From an uncultured Chlamydiae bacterium (GTDB taxonomy: Bacteria > Chlamydiota > Chlamydiia > Chlamydiales > JAJFMA01), in contig CAVQMM010000001.1 in NCBI GenBank assembly GCA_963713615.1, positions 3,424,001-3,488,000 on the forward strand: a DNA stretch of 64,000 nt, read 5' to 3'. Positions 43,017 to 52,634 of the stretch are shown in pieces. The first letter of the stretch is position 1. Each line of letters begins with the position of its first letter. A program made the position numbers and the translations under genes. Under the pieces are notes generated by a model. The model was not told the origin of the DNA, did not search any database, and saw only the letters and a list, made by a program, of their open reading frames with translations.

Positions 43017-44102
43017 ATGGCGTACATAGAAAAAAGACCAAACGCGAAGGGTGAAACTTCATACCGTGTTCGCATCAAAGTGAAAGGGGCCCCAAAAAAG
43101 ACGGCGACGTTTCCAACTCGTAAGGAAGCTGCTGCTTGGGCAAGAAAAATGGAGGCTGAGGTCCGAGCTACCAGATATTTTGGTAGAGAAGAAGGCAAAG
43201 AGCGGACATTTTCTGAGTTCATTGATAGATATATTGAAATCGAGTTGACAAAGAACCCTCAAAGCTTTGAAAAGCTGTCCAAGCAATTAAGATGGTGGCA
43301 AAAGCATCTGGGAGAGTATTTTTTATGTCATATTTCTCCTTCGATGATTGCAGGTCTTAGAGATCGGCTCATGACTGAGATAACGTATCGAAAAACGCCT
43401 AGATCTTCATCTACAGCTAACAGGTACATTGCCGCTCTTAATCGCGCTTTTAATATAGCTATATGCGATTGGGGATGGCTAAAGGAGAATCCTCTATCAA
43501 AAGTCACAAGACCGAAAGAAATGAAGGCTAGAGATAGGTATCTTGATAAAGACGAGATTGTTTTGCTGCTGTCTGCTTGCCGTAGAAGTAAGAGCCCCTA
43601 TTTATATCCAGTAACATTATTTGCTCTTGCGACAGGTGCTAGAAAAGGTGAAATAGTAGGTCTGAAATGGGAGGATGTTGATTTTTTCCGAGCTACTGCT
43701 ACATTTCGAGGCACAAAAAATGGTGAAATCCGTACGGTACATTTGAGCCCGTCGATTCTAAAATGTCTTCAAGATGAACAGAAGAAGAGAATTGTTTTTA
43801 GCGTATATGTCTTTCCAGATCAAAATGGTACACAGCCTGCTTGTATAAGAACCGCCTGGGAGCGAGTCATCAAGGAATTAGGCATGAAGGATGTTGTTTT
43901 TCATTCGTTGCGGCATACAGCAGCCTCCCATCTTGCTATGCAGGGATTTTCAACGCTGGAAATCGCGGCTATTCTTGGCCACAAGAGTCTATCCATGGTT
44001 AAACGCTATAGCCATCTGTCAACTTCGTCAACCGCCAAAGCGTTGGATAGGTTGAATGAAATATTTGGGGGATGTCTAGATGACTACGAAAAAGCGCAGT
44101 AG
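43017..44102 (+). CDS. Tyrosine integrase
   Basis: TGARKGE (R), TKNG (K), FHSLRH (HxxR), LGHK, KRYSH (Y); GGAGG RBS. Confidence 0.95.
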   Translation: MAYIEKRPNAKGETSYRVRIKVKGAPKKTATFPTRKEAAAWARKMEAEVRATRYFGREEGKERTFSEFIDRYIEIELTKNPQSFEKLSKQLRWWQKHLGEYFLCHISPSMIAGLRDRLMTEITYRKTPRSSSTANRYIAALNRAFNIAICDWGWLKENPLSKVTRPKEMKARDRYLDKDEIVLLLSACRRSKSPYLYPVTLFALATGARKGEIVGLKWEDVDFFRATATFRGTKNGEIRTVHLSPSILKCLQDEQKKRIVFSVYVFPDQNGTQPACIRTAWERVIKELGMKDVVFHSLRHTAASHLAMQGFSTLEIAAILGHKSLSMVKRYSHLSTSSTAKALDRLNEIFGGCLDDYEKAQ

Positions 44103-44955
44103 TTTTGTGCATTCATCTCGTGAGAAAAAACAGAGCTATGAAGACATTATCGATACCTTGACGAGTTCAGCGCATGATGCTGCGAAATTATGTAGATCTG
44201 CTGCGAAATTGGCTCAAAAATACGCCGAACTGGGAGGAGAGGTCGATAAATATCGAGCCCAAATTGAAAATACGCCTTTTATTATTTCTGTTCCTTTTTG
44301 GGCAAGATATATACAGCATGATAAGGTATTCGGTGGTAGATATCTCGATATGACGGCGCAGTTACTAGAAGTGAACCCAGTTCTGAGGGATGAGAAGTTA
44401 ACCTTTAAAGTTTTTGCGGAAAACAAATACAAACAAGTTCTCGAAGAGATTCGTTGTTACGAGCAGTGGTCATTAGAGCTGCGAGAAGAATTTGTTTCGT
44501 TCTATATTGTTTTTGAGCATTGGTTGTCAGAATTAACTTTTGGCTACTTGCCTAAAGTAGAAGATTACGACAGAAGAGTGACTGAAAGAAAAAAATTGTC
44601 TTTTGATATGTATATTAAGATTCTCAGCAGGCTGGGTGATAGGGAGAAAATACTGGCTAAGTTGTTTTATCTCGGAGGCTATAGAACGCTTGATGAGGTA
44701 CTTTCTGTAAAAATCGAAGACATCGATTTTCAAGAACAATCCCTAGTATTATCAGATGAATCGATTCGATATCCTCAACATGTCTTTAGTGACTTAAAGG
44801 ATTTTATAAAAGATAGAGAAAAAGGGTATGTCTTTTTAGGTCGTCGTGGAGAACGTCTAGACCATACTGTTCCTTATAGGGCGTTGAAAACAGCCATTTC
44901 GAAATTGGACTTAGATTCATCATTCACTTTTAAGGACTTCGTAAATACCCTATAA
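44080..44955 (+). CDS. Chlamydial-plasmid pGP7/pGP8-like tyrosine recombinase homologue, C-terminally truncated
   Basis: REKILAKLFYLGGYRTLDEVLSVKIEDIDF..YP...GYVF; ends FTFKDFVNTL with no HxxR or catalytic Tyr. Confidence 0.65.
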   Translation: MTTKKRSSFVHSSREKKQSYEDIIDTLTSSAHDAAKLCRSAAKLAQKYAELGGEVDKYRAQIENTPFIISVPFWARYIQHDKVFGGRYLDMTAQLLEVNPVLRDEKLTFKVFAENKYKQVLEEIRCYEQWSLELREEFVSFYIVFEHWLSELTFGYLPKVEDYDRRVTERKKLSFDMYIKILSRLGDREKILAKLFYLGGYRTLDEVLSVKIEDIDFQEQSLVLSDESIRYPQHVFSDLKDFIKDREKGYVFLGRRGERLDHTVPYRALKTAISKLDLDSSFTFKDFVNTL

Positions 44956-45050
44956 AGGTTCTTTTTTTTTGCGGAAAATATGCACTAAGTGTTGCGTTTT
45001 TCTGCACATTACGTTACATTCCCTATTGATCTCAATGGTTAGGAGAATGT

Positions 45051-45260
45051 ATGCAAGTTATCAAAAACCTTATCTCTCTCAGTGAATATTGCCACCAAAA
45101 TGAATGGCCAAGAAAGACAATTTGGAGACATTGGATTTATTCCAAAAAACCAATCGCTGTGAAATGTGTCAAAAAGATCGGTGGCAAGTATTTTATAGAC
45201 TTGAAAGCCTTTCAAGACCATATCGAAAGCGCTTCCCTCGAAGAACGGAGGAGCGAATGA
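45051..45260 (+). CDS. Excisionase/AlpA-like small winged-helix protein
   Basis: 69 aa; LISLSEYC..W.RHWI..VKKIGGKYFID; located between integrase and replication genes. Confidence 0.6.
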   Translation: MQVIKNLISLSEYCHQNEWPRKTIWRHWIYSKKPIAVKCVKKIGGKYFIDLKAFQDHIESASLEERRSE

Positions 45261-45263
45261 GCA

Positions 45264-46754
45264 ATGGAAATAGTCGGAACGCCCCCGAACTCAAAAGAGT
45301 CGGAAATGATGGTTTTAGGGTGCATGTTAACAAGTACTCATGCCCTTAAGGTTTCTGTTGAGTTGCTAGACGATTCAGACTTTTTTCACACTCAACACAA
45401 ACCGATCTTTCAAATTCTTAAAGAACTCCATAAATCTGACAAGCCGGCCGACACTCACCTGGTAGCAGAAGAGCTTAAACGACAAAATAAGATTGAATCC
45501 GTGGGTGGCGTCGGTTACTTGACGACGCTGGCCCAGTATGCTGGGACGTCTGCACACATTGAAGCGTACATCGACGTAGTTCGTGATAAGGCAAGTTTGA
45601 GACAACTGCTCGACCTAACTCAATCTATCGAAAGAGACGCTCTCAGTAATGCATCTGATGTTTCCAAAACAATCGAAGATGCCCAATGTCGTCTCAATCG
45701 CTTTAGACAATCAGTTGAACTCGAAAGCAATAACGGACCTTTTTTTGAAAATCTCGGCAAAATTATTGGTGATACAGACTTTGCCCATAGTCTTGACAAC
45801 AGAAATTACGATAGGTTTGAGCGTGAACACAAGCGTCTTTTTTCTTTAGGGGGTTTAATCACTGGATACCAGGAAATAGATGATCAAATGTATTTCTCGA
45901 AAGGGGATTTTGTCGTAGTTAAAGCTCTGAGCAACCACGGTAAATCAACTTTTATGCTGCAACTTGCTTATGAATTCTTAAGCAACGAATCCAATCTAGA
46001 ACAAGATCCTGTCTGCATTTTTGTCACTTACGAATCAATACCGATACGGATCGAAGAAAAAATGATTAACATCATTGGCAAGGATCAATTAGAAGGGCCG
46101 CCTATTTTATACAACAAATCAATGAAAGAGAAATATCTCTACGCAGACAAAAAAAGTTACAGAAAAACGATAATGACATACGACAAACTGTTGTCGGAAA
46201 ATCGGATACACTTACTCAAGGGAATTCCATTGGAGAAGTTAGACCTTTTGGTAAGGCTGTATAAGAAAGAGTATCCTGGACGCACCATCTGCCTTTTTTT
46301 GGATTATATACAGATTATGGAATCCGTGACGGACCTTAATGGTTGGGAAAGGATGAAACACATAGCCTATCTTCTCGAATCGTTAGCCATTAACAGAGAG
46401 GTCATTGTTTTCGCCGCCTGTCAAGTGAATGAGAATAGGCAAACCAGAGAAGGAAGGGATATTTATAATGCGGCTACCACAGTCGTTGACATATTCAATC
46501 ATTCACATGCCTCACTGAAAAATAACCAAGAGCTTGCAAAGCAATACAAACCACCAATATCCAACAAGAACGTTTGTTCATTTTCTGCGGAAAAGCAAAA
46601 ACATGGATCGTCATTCACTCTAGATGGGTATTTCCTGTTTGACGGGTTTTGCTTCAGAAAAAATGAGTCAAAAAGTCAGCACAAGATAGACAGCTTGAAA
46701 GATAGAGAATATGACGACAGCGGAAACCAAATAATATGTAAATTAAATTCATAA
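45264..46754 (+). CDS. DnaB-like replicative helicase
   Basis: PPNSKESEMMVLGCML DnaB N-domain; ALSNHGKST Walker A; FLDYIQ Walker B. Confidence 0.85.
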   Translation: MEIVGTPPNSKESEMMVLGCMLTSTHALKVSVELLDDSDFFHTQHKPIFQILKELHKSDKPADTHLVAEELKRQNKIESVGGVGYLTTLAQYAGTSAHIEAYIDVVRDKASLRQLLDLTQSIERDALSNASDVSKTIEDAQCRLNRFRQSVELESNNGPFFENLGKIIGDTDFAHSLDNRNYDRFEREHKRLFSLGGLITGYQEIDDQMYFSKGDFVVVKALSNHGKSTFMLQLAYEFLSNESNLEQDPVCIFVTYESIPIRIEEKMINIIGKDQLEGPPILYNKSMKEKYLYADKKSYRKTIMTYDKLLSENRIHLLKGIPLEKLDLLVRLYKKEYPGRTICLFLDYIQIMESVTDLNGWERMKHIAYLLESLAINREVIVFAACQVNENRQTREGRDIYNAATTVVDIFNHSHASLKNNQELAKQYKPPISNKNVCSFSAEKQKHGSSFTLDGYFLFDGFCFRKNESKSQHKIDSLKDREYDDSGNQIICKLNS

Positions 46755-46762
46755 AGGGCGGA

Positions 46763-48421
46763 ATGTCGATTTTAGAATGTGACCAAATAAAAAGACAAAT
46801 TTGTGTAATGGGCAACAAGGAAAACACAGGGAAGAAATATGTTTATCTTGCAAATGGTGTACCTATTGGGGAAAGGCTCGTAAAGATCAAAAATGAAATA
46901 GAAGTACCATGCCAAGAAGCAGTCCCAACAACGCACGTGCTGGCGATTCCCCCTAACATTGACAGTGAAGAATTCGTAAAAGTCCAAAACGTCGAAACTG
47001 GCGAGACAAATTTAGTTAAAGTTAACCAAGAACAGACAAAGATTGAATGTTTGAAAATTTTTAATGAAACTAGAAATATGGGAACAATTGCTTGGCTTGA
47101 AAATGGCATCCAAGTTTCTTGCTTATATTATAGAGTCGAAAACGGTCAAGAAGTAATCTGTGAGCCTTCCAATAATGAAAGCTTCCTTTTTGTTCCCCTT
47201 CCAAATGGCGCCCCGGATTTTTCGTCACATATGGGGGATCTTCCCATGTATGACCAGGCCACAGGGCAACTTATAGGGCGCATCAAACGGTCAAATATTA
47301 TCAAAATAAACAAAGAAACCGAGATAAAAATAAAAGACCAAGACAATGAAAGATCAAAGGAAATTTCCACAAAAATAAATGAACTTTCTAATGAAGAAAA
47401 AGAACAAATTATTGAAAGTATTCACAAAACATGTGAACCGGTAACAACCTTAGAAGGGCGACAACTTTTCACCGCAACCGTTGAGCAAGTGGCCGAAACA
47501 ATAGGGAATTTGATTAATGAAATTGAGGAAATTTCATCTGATTTTTATAAAACGGTCGACCCCAAAGAAGAATTTGGAATCAGTCGGGTTGTTGCGGACA
47601 AAATATACAATCTTCCCAGGATATTGGAGAACGCTATTCTGGTAAGACAGGGGGTAACGACAACTTACATTATTCAAGCTGAGTATAAAGACTCTCGTCA
47701 TAATTCCATACGTTTGGAGCATCGTTTGCAGGCCACTTCTCCAGAAGAAGCCGCAAGAATGGGGAAGATCGTTCTAAAGAGGCTTAAGGGCATTCAACTC
47801 AAAATATGGGCGGCATGCTGGAAGATGGCTAATGCTAAGGAAAGGCTTACCTTCACTTGTCGTTTAACCGATCTCATGAAATGCACCAACCCTCGACGCA
47901 GTGCTAATTTAAACTCGGCAGAGAAGCTTGAATTTTACGAGCACTTGAGAAGTCTGGAAAACACCAAGTTTGTGTATACAAAATACTATAAAATAAGAGG
48001 TAAAGATAAAGTCGAATCATATGAAATTCGACTTCTTGAGATTCATCGACGAAGCGGCGATAAAGACGAAGAAACGCCACAAGAACTAACCATGACGGTC
48101 TTGAATGCGCCGGCTCTTCAGAAGCAAAAAACAACATTTGTGGGTGTTGGAGTCAAAAACAAGACATTAGAACTACATGCTGACAATGTCATGCTTGCCA
48201 GTATCATTCAAACCCGTAAGAACCAAATGATGGATGCGTCTCACGTTAAATTTAAGCGGGATGATTTAGTTGAAATAGCGGGTTTGTCTAGGACAAATGA
48301 AAAAAATAAGGCCGAGGCGAATAAACTGTTGTTGGAAAAACTAGAACGCCTTCGAGAGAAGGGTATAATTTTGAACCGTCTAAAACGCGTAAACGACCAT
48401 ATCTCTTTAAAAGTTAGGTGA
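46763..48421 (+). CDS. Putative replication initiator (Rep-like)
   Basis: 552 aa between DnaB-like helicase and iterons; basic C-terminal half; call rests on context. Confidence 0.5.
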   Translation: MSILECDQIKRQICVMGNKENTGKKYVYLANGVPIGERLVKIKNEIEVPCQEAVPTTHVLAIPPNIDSEEFVKVQNVETGETNLVKVNQEQTKIECLKIFNETRNMGTIAWLENGIQVSCLYYRVENGQEVICEPSNNESFLFVPLPNGAPDFSSHMGDLPMYDQATGQLIGRIKRSNIIKINKETEIKIKDQDNERSKEISTKINELSNEEKEQIIESIHKTCEPVTTLEGRQLFTATVEQVAETIGNLINEIEEISSDFYKTVDPKEEFGISRVVADKIYNLPRILENAILVRQGVTTTYIIQAEYKDSRHNSIRLEHRLQATSPEEAARMGKIVLKRLKGIQLKIWAACWKMANAKERLTFTCRLTDLMKCTNPRRSANLNSAEKLEFYEHLRSLENTKFVYTKYYKIRGKDKVESYEIRLLEIHRRSGDKDEETPQELTMTVLNAPALQKQKTTFVGVGVKNKTLELHADNVMLASIIQTRKNQMMDASHVKFKRDDLVEIAGLSRTNEKNKAEANKLLLEKLERLREKGIILNRLKRVNDHISLKVR

Positions 48422-48432
48422 TTGAGTATGGC

Positions 48433-48494
48433 CTAGGGGTTTAACTTAGCCGATCTAGGGGTTTAACTTAGTCGAGTTAGGGGTTTAACTTAGC
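48433..48494 (+). repeat. Iterons, three copies with 22-bp period (putative ori)
   Basis: TAGGGGTTTAACTTAG at 48434, 48456, 48478. Confidence 0.85.
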
Positions 48495-48955
48495 TTTTTA
48501 CGAGAGGAAAATGGGTCATTAAGACCTTAAGTCATTAAATGGCGGCTTGCGCCACCCCGCCTTGACGGCGGGTGGCTAGCCTTCGGAACGAGAAGACCTT
48601 ATCCCCTCAACAAGCTCATCATCTGTCAGCCTTTACCCTCCAAGGCCGACGCATTTTAAGGCACCTAGAATCGCTTATCGTTCGAAATCCGTGATTGTAG
48701 CCATTTTAAGCATCCGGCGCATTCTATGGTCGTTTCTGTGCGTTTTAAGCTACGCCAAGGATTCTCTCCCGTATTCCATCACTCCGAAAAACCTTTCAGC
48801 TTACAAGCCCGCTGCTGTTTCTTCTTTTGTGAAGGTGATGGAGTCTCAGGCACCCAGATGATAAGACACGGACATCTGAAATGAGGCGTCAAAAAAAACG
48901 AAACAGAGAACCTGATTTCTTTAAATCTTTAAATCTGGTAGCATAAAGGAAACAG

Positions 48956-49222
48956 ATGGAGGGTAAAGCTATGTCTGCCAAAAGCAATATATCCCGCATG
49001 ACGATAGATCTTCCCAGTGAGGACCATAAAAGACTAAAAGCTCTTGCTGCCGTACTTGGTAAAAGCATGAGAGAAATTGTCTCTGACTGGATTCACGGGA
49101 ATCTATACAGCGGGAATGTTCCTAATGCTGGAACACTGAAAGCTATAGAGAACATAGAGAAGGGAAAAGACCTGATTGTGTCTACGGACGCCGAGGAATT
49201 ATTCCGAAGGCTAGGAATATAG
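48956..49222 (+). CDS. RHH antitoxin (DinJ/RelB-like)
   Basis: RMTIDLP..HKRLK RHH; PNAGTLKAI..EELF..L; overlaps toxin start. Confidence 0.8.
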   Translation: MEGKAMSAKSNISRMTIDLPSEDHKRLKALAAVLGKSMREIVSDWIHGNLYSGNVPNAGTLKAIENIEKGKDLIVSTDAEELFRRLGI

Positions 49223-49491
49223 TGGTGCTAATCCCAGTCCACCTGCGCTCTTTTGAGCGAGAGTTAGAAAAGCTCAAGAAACGAGGCTATGACATGTCAA
49301 AAATTAAGACTGTCATGCGTGACCTTATCAGCGAAAAGCCTCTAGATAGGAAGCACCGCAATCACCGATTGAAGGGTAACTTCGTCGGATATTGGGAATG
49401 TCATGTTACGCCTGATTGGTTGCTTATCTACAAAAAGGATGATGAGCACATCTATTTCGCTCGAACTGGAACGCATTCCGACCTATTTTAG
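49222..49491 (+). CDS. YafQ-family mRNA interferase toxin
   Basis: H.LKG..WECHV.PDWLLIY..RTGTHSDLF. Confidence 0.9.
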   Translation: MVLIPVHLRSFERELEKLKKRGYDMSKIKTVMRDLISEKPLDRKHRNHRLKGNFVGYWECHVTPDWLLIYKKDDEHIYFARTGTHSDLF

Positions 49492-49594
49492 GCATAACAT
49501 TTCCTTCAGGAATAACAATTTCTTGGATCGCCGCCCCCTGTTGGTCTTAGTCGTGCGCATAGTCGACAGAAAGGAAGTCTACAAGAAGAAGCAC

Positions 49595-50164
49595 TCAAAA
49601 TAGCTGAAGCGGAACGAACAAAGGGAGACCTCCCTGATCGGCTGGATCTTCGTCCTCCTCCTCTTCCTCCTCAGGGTATTCTTCTTTTGTGGCTAGGAAT
49701 TCCCCATACTGCTCTTGTGTGATCATGCCTTGTTGCAGGCTACAGAGCATGAGAGCATCGAAATCATTCATCTTACCGATACCGATTCGGCCATACTTTT
49801 TGAGTGACTCTGTATCGCCAAGGGCTGTTAGATGAAGTTCGAGCTTTAGTTGCAGACTCTCTAAGCTCTGCATTACATCCTCCGGATCCTCACCTTCGAA
49901 CGCTTCCAATTCTTTGATGTATTCGGCTATTTGGCTTCTTGGAAGGCTTTTGGTGTACAACGCATCTAGCACATTTTCCCAGGCTCTAGACTCAGCAACA
50001 CCCCATACCTTCATAAATTTCTTATTGATGTTGGCGATCTTCTCGAATTCGTCTAAGGAAATCCCTTTCTCTTTGAGAAAGTCATTCACCGAAAAGGCAT
50101 CTTTCCGCTGGCTCCACTGCTCTAATTCTAAGAATAATTCTTCATGTTCTGTCGTTGCTTTCAT
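49595..50164 (-). CDS. Hypothetical protein; N-terminus resembles the neighbouring TerS, acidic tail
   Basis: W..F..F..KGI.....KF...A pattern shared with 51696-52136. Confidence 0.5.
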   Translation of the reverse strand: MKATTEHEELFLELEQWSQRKDAFSVNDFLKEKGISLDEFEKIANINKKFMKVWGVAESRAWENVLDALYTKSLPRSQIAEYIKELEAFEGEDPEDVMQSLESLQLKLELHLTALGDTESLKKYGRIGIGKMNDFDALMLCSLQQGMITQEQYGEFLATKEEYPEEEEEEDEDPADQGGLPLFVPLQLF

Positions 50165-50173
50165 AGGACTCCT

Positions 50174-51715
50174 TTAATAGTGACTTACACCTGAAAAGTC
50201 ACCGTAAAGCGGATGCGGCGGCTCATGGAAAGCTGCCATCTGCTTTCGGTACAATTCTTCATCTTCTGCTTGCGTGGTGGCTCTTCTTAGGCTCATCGCC
50301 AGGTACCTAAAAGCATCACTGCCGTTTGAGAAATGATCATGTCTAGGATGGTCACGCCATACACCTAGCGTCTCATTCCATTCTTTTCGATAGTTTTCCA
50401 GGGCTCGGATTCCTTTCTCGCATTTCACCTCATCAAACCAACAACGGTTTAGCAAGTTCCTCACGGCGTCTATACCTTCCTGCAACCCAAGCCTCGGCAA
50501 CACTGCGAATTCAAGCCCAAGATTCCTGGCAATCTGCACACGTGTCAAGCCCGACCCTAGTTCGTGACTGCTGGCATCGTGCGGAGCAAAAACCCTCTCC
50601 GTGACGTATGGTTTCCCTTTGATAACCTTGATATAATGGGCCAGCGGTTCCCCCGAATTTTCGTAATAGTCTATCAACCGCAACTCTGCGCCTAGCTTCT
50701 GATACCACCATATCGCCATAGCATCGTTAAAGCCCAAGTCCATAGCAACAAATACGGGTAAATTCTCATCATGCGGAACATTTCCGATCCGTCTTTCTAC
50801 ACGTGCCTTGGTCATGTATTTACTGTAATAATTCCCTTCAAGGTTGGCTTGGAATGCTTCTTCCGGCGTGCTAGGATACTCCCTTAGCATATCGTCGCCC
50901 TGGGTCTTATACTTGGTGGCATACCAGCCCATCTGTGCCGGTGAAATTTTGATGCCATAGCTTTCTTGAAGCTCTTTGAAGTACTTCACTAAGTCATCTG
51001 GAATGTGCACAGATGCATTGAGGCAATACTCTGGGTGTTTGTGGCAAGGCATAAAATGAAACTTGTAATCTAGCGGTGTAAGTGTTTTGCCGGTATCCCG
51101 CAACTTCTGCGCTTCCACACACAAATTATAAAATGCCCCTTCCCGGCCTCTTGCTGTGCTTTCGATAAAGCAATAAGAACCAGTGGATATTGTATTTAGC
51201 GAGCCAGTGAGGATCTCGTTAGCCCTTTTAATGTCCTCAGCGGCAATTTTGCCGAATTCCGAGATCAAAAGATACTGGAAGGTTGCCGACCGTAAGCTTG
51301 TTCCGACCCTGATTAGGCTGTTGTTGGAAAAGGTTAGTTCCTTAGCGGAGTCAATCTTAGCCTCTACACATGCTTTTAAAGACTCCGGCAAGCAGTCGTA
51401 GGCAAATTTAATCTTACGAAATATGTATTTGGCGTTCTCTTCCGTGTCGGCGACAATACCGCACGAAACGTTAGAGTTGAACAGGGCTATGTCGAGAAAC
51501 AAAAGCGTCACAAAGGTTGTGATACCTAGCTGTCGCGCCTTCAATATGATGTTACAATAGTGCAAGTCGTTGTGTAGCTGCTGCTGAGCCCAGTTTCGCT
51601 TGAATATCTGCTTTATCCCTTGCTTGTCCGTGATGTAGTAGAGATTGTCTATTCTCCAATCCCTATCACCTAGCCGTGACTGGGCTATTTCCAGGTCATT
51701 TTTCATTGCCACCAT
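50174..51715 (-). CDS. Phage terminase large subunit
   Basis: LKARQLGIT Walker A, LLISEF Walker B, IESTARG, EYPSTPEEAF, MDLGFND, HFSNGSDAFRY. Confidence 0.9.
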   Translation of the reverse strand: MVAMKNDLEIAQSRLGDRDWRIDNLYYITDKQGIKQIFKRNWAQQQLHNDLHYCNIILKARQLGITTFVTLLFLDIALFNSNVSCGIVADTEENAKYIFRKIKFAYDCLPESLKACVEAKIDSAKELTFSNNSLIRVGTSLRSATFQYLLISEFGKIAAEDIKRANEILTGSLNTISTGSYCFIESTARGREGAFYNLCVEAQKLRDTGKTLTPLDYKFHFMPCHKHPEYCLNASVHIPDDLVKYFKELQESYGIKISPAQMGWYATKYKTQGDDMLREYPSTPEEAFQANLEGNYYSKYMTKARVERRIGNVPHDENLPVFVAMDLGFNDAMAIWWYQKLGAELRLIDYYENSGEPLAHYIKVIKGKPYVTERVFAPHDASSHELGSGLTRVQIARNLGLEFAVLPRLGLQEGIDAVRNLLNRCWFDEVKCEKGIRALENYRKEWNETLGVWRDHPRHDHFSNGSDAFRYLAMSLRRATTQAEDEELYRKQMAAFHEPPHPLYGDFSGVSHY

Positions 51716-52136
51716 TAATCAGATCCCTTGATTTTCCGTCGACCTGCTGCATTAAGAATGCTAGGGGGTTAGCTGCATCACCTGTGAGGTGTGTCTCTTT
51801 CTTTTCGAAAATCCCGTAATGGTGACCTAAAAGTAGATGGGCCATATTGTAGTTGAATTTCTTCATAAGCCCTCCCTCGATTAACAAGATGCGTTGATGG
51901 GCTTTTGCCTGTCCGTACGCTCCAGCAAACTTTTCGTTCTCAGATGCGAATTTACTAAGCAGATCTGGATTGATTCCTTTTTGCAGTGCAAATCTCTCGA
52001 ACCAGCAAAATTTTCCTTGTTCTAGCCATTTCAGCAGTTCATCGGCTAAATTCTCTATAAATTCCTGGTCGTAAGTTTTCGGCCTTCCTCCTTTCTCACA
52101 GCCTGGATATGGCTCATGTCCTTTAGGCGCTGGCAT
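51696..52136 (-). CDS. Terminase small subunit (P22 gp3-like)
   Basis: MPAPKG..GRPKTY..; directly upstream of and overlapping TerL. Confidence 0.7.
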   Translation of the reverse strand: MPAPKGHEPYPGCEKGGRPKTYDQEFIENLADELLKWLEQGKFCWFERFALQKGINPDLLSKFASENEKFAGAYGQAKAHQRILLIEGGLMKKFNYNMAHLLLGHHYGIFEKKETHLTGDAANPLAFLMQQVDGKSRDLINGGNEK

Positions 52137-52509
52137 ATTCAACTTCCTTCGAGTAGACTCGGTCAAGGTAGTCGCAAAATGTTTTGACCATATCTGCGTG
52201 GATCCAAAATTCTGGATCATCCAGGGAAGCAGCCCCACTGCCTGGGAGGCTGTGAGATCTGTTAACAACGGTCATGGGGTCTAGCAACACTCGCCTGGTT
52301 TCTTTTGAGTGGTCGGCTTCTAACGCCCTTTGCGGCTTATCCAATGCTAGATAAACCCTATGGGCTATGCGTCCATACTTGAACCCGAGAGCACTAAAAG
52401 ACTGATGATCACCAGCCTTATCTGCCACGGCAATTGCTGGCCTGGCTTCCTGTAGTAGTAGATCAATGTCTTCTTGAATCTGAGTTTCCATAAAAAAACC
52501 TCTATACAT
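52123..52509 (-). CDS. Hypothetical protein
   Basis: 128 aa ORF overlapping the TerS start, same strand. Confidence 0.5.
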   Translation of the reverse strand: MYRGFFMETQIQEDIDLLLQEARPAIAVADKAGDHQSFSALGFKYGRIAHRVYLALDKPQRALEADHSKETRRVLLDPMTVVNRSHSLPGSGAASLDDPEFWIHADMVKTFCDYLDRVYSKEVEYASA

Positions 52510-52634
52510 TAAATGTTTACTATAACATTTTTTTTATTCAATTCCATTTCTGAGTGCATATGTCTTCTTTTTAATGGGTGCGCCATTCCGTTAACGAAAA
52601 ATGGTCCACACCCAATGCCTAACGGCCCCGCCAA

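Noticed and set aside
48433..48494. Mini CRISPR array
   Set aside because: 16-bp cores separated by only 6 bp and no cas genes; fits iterons
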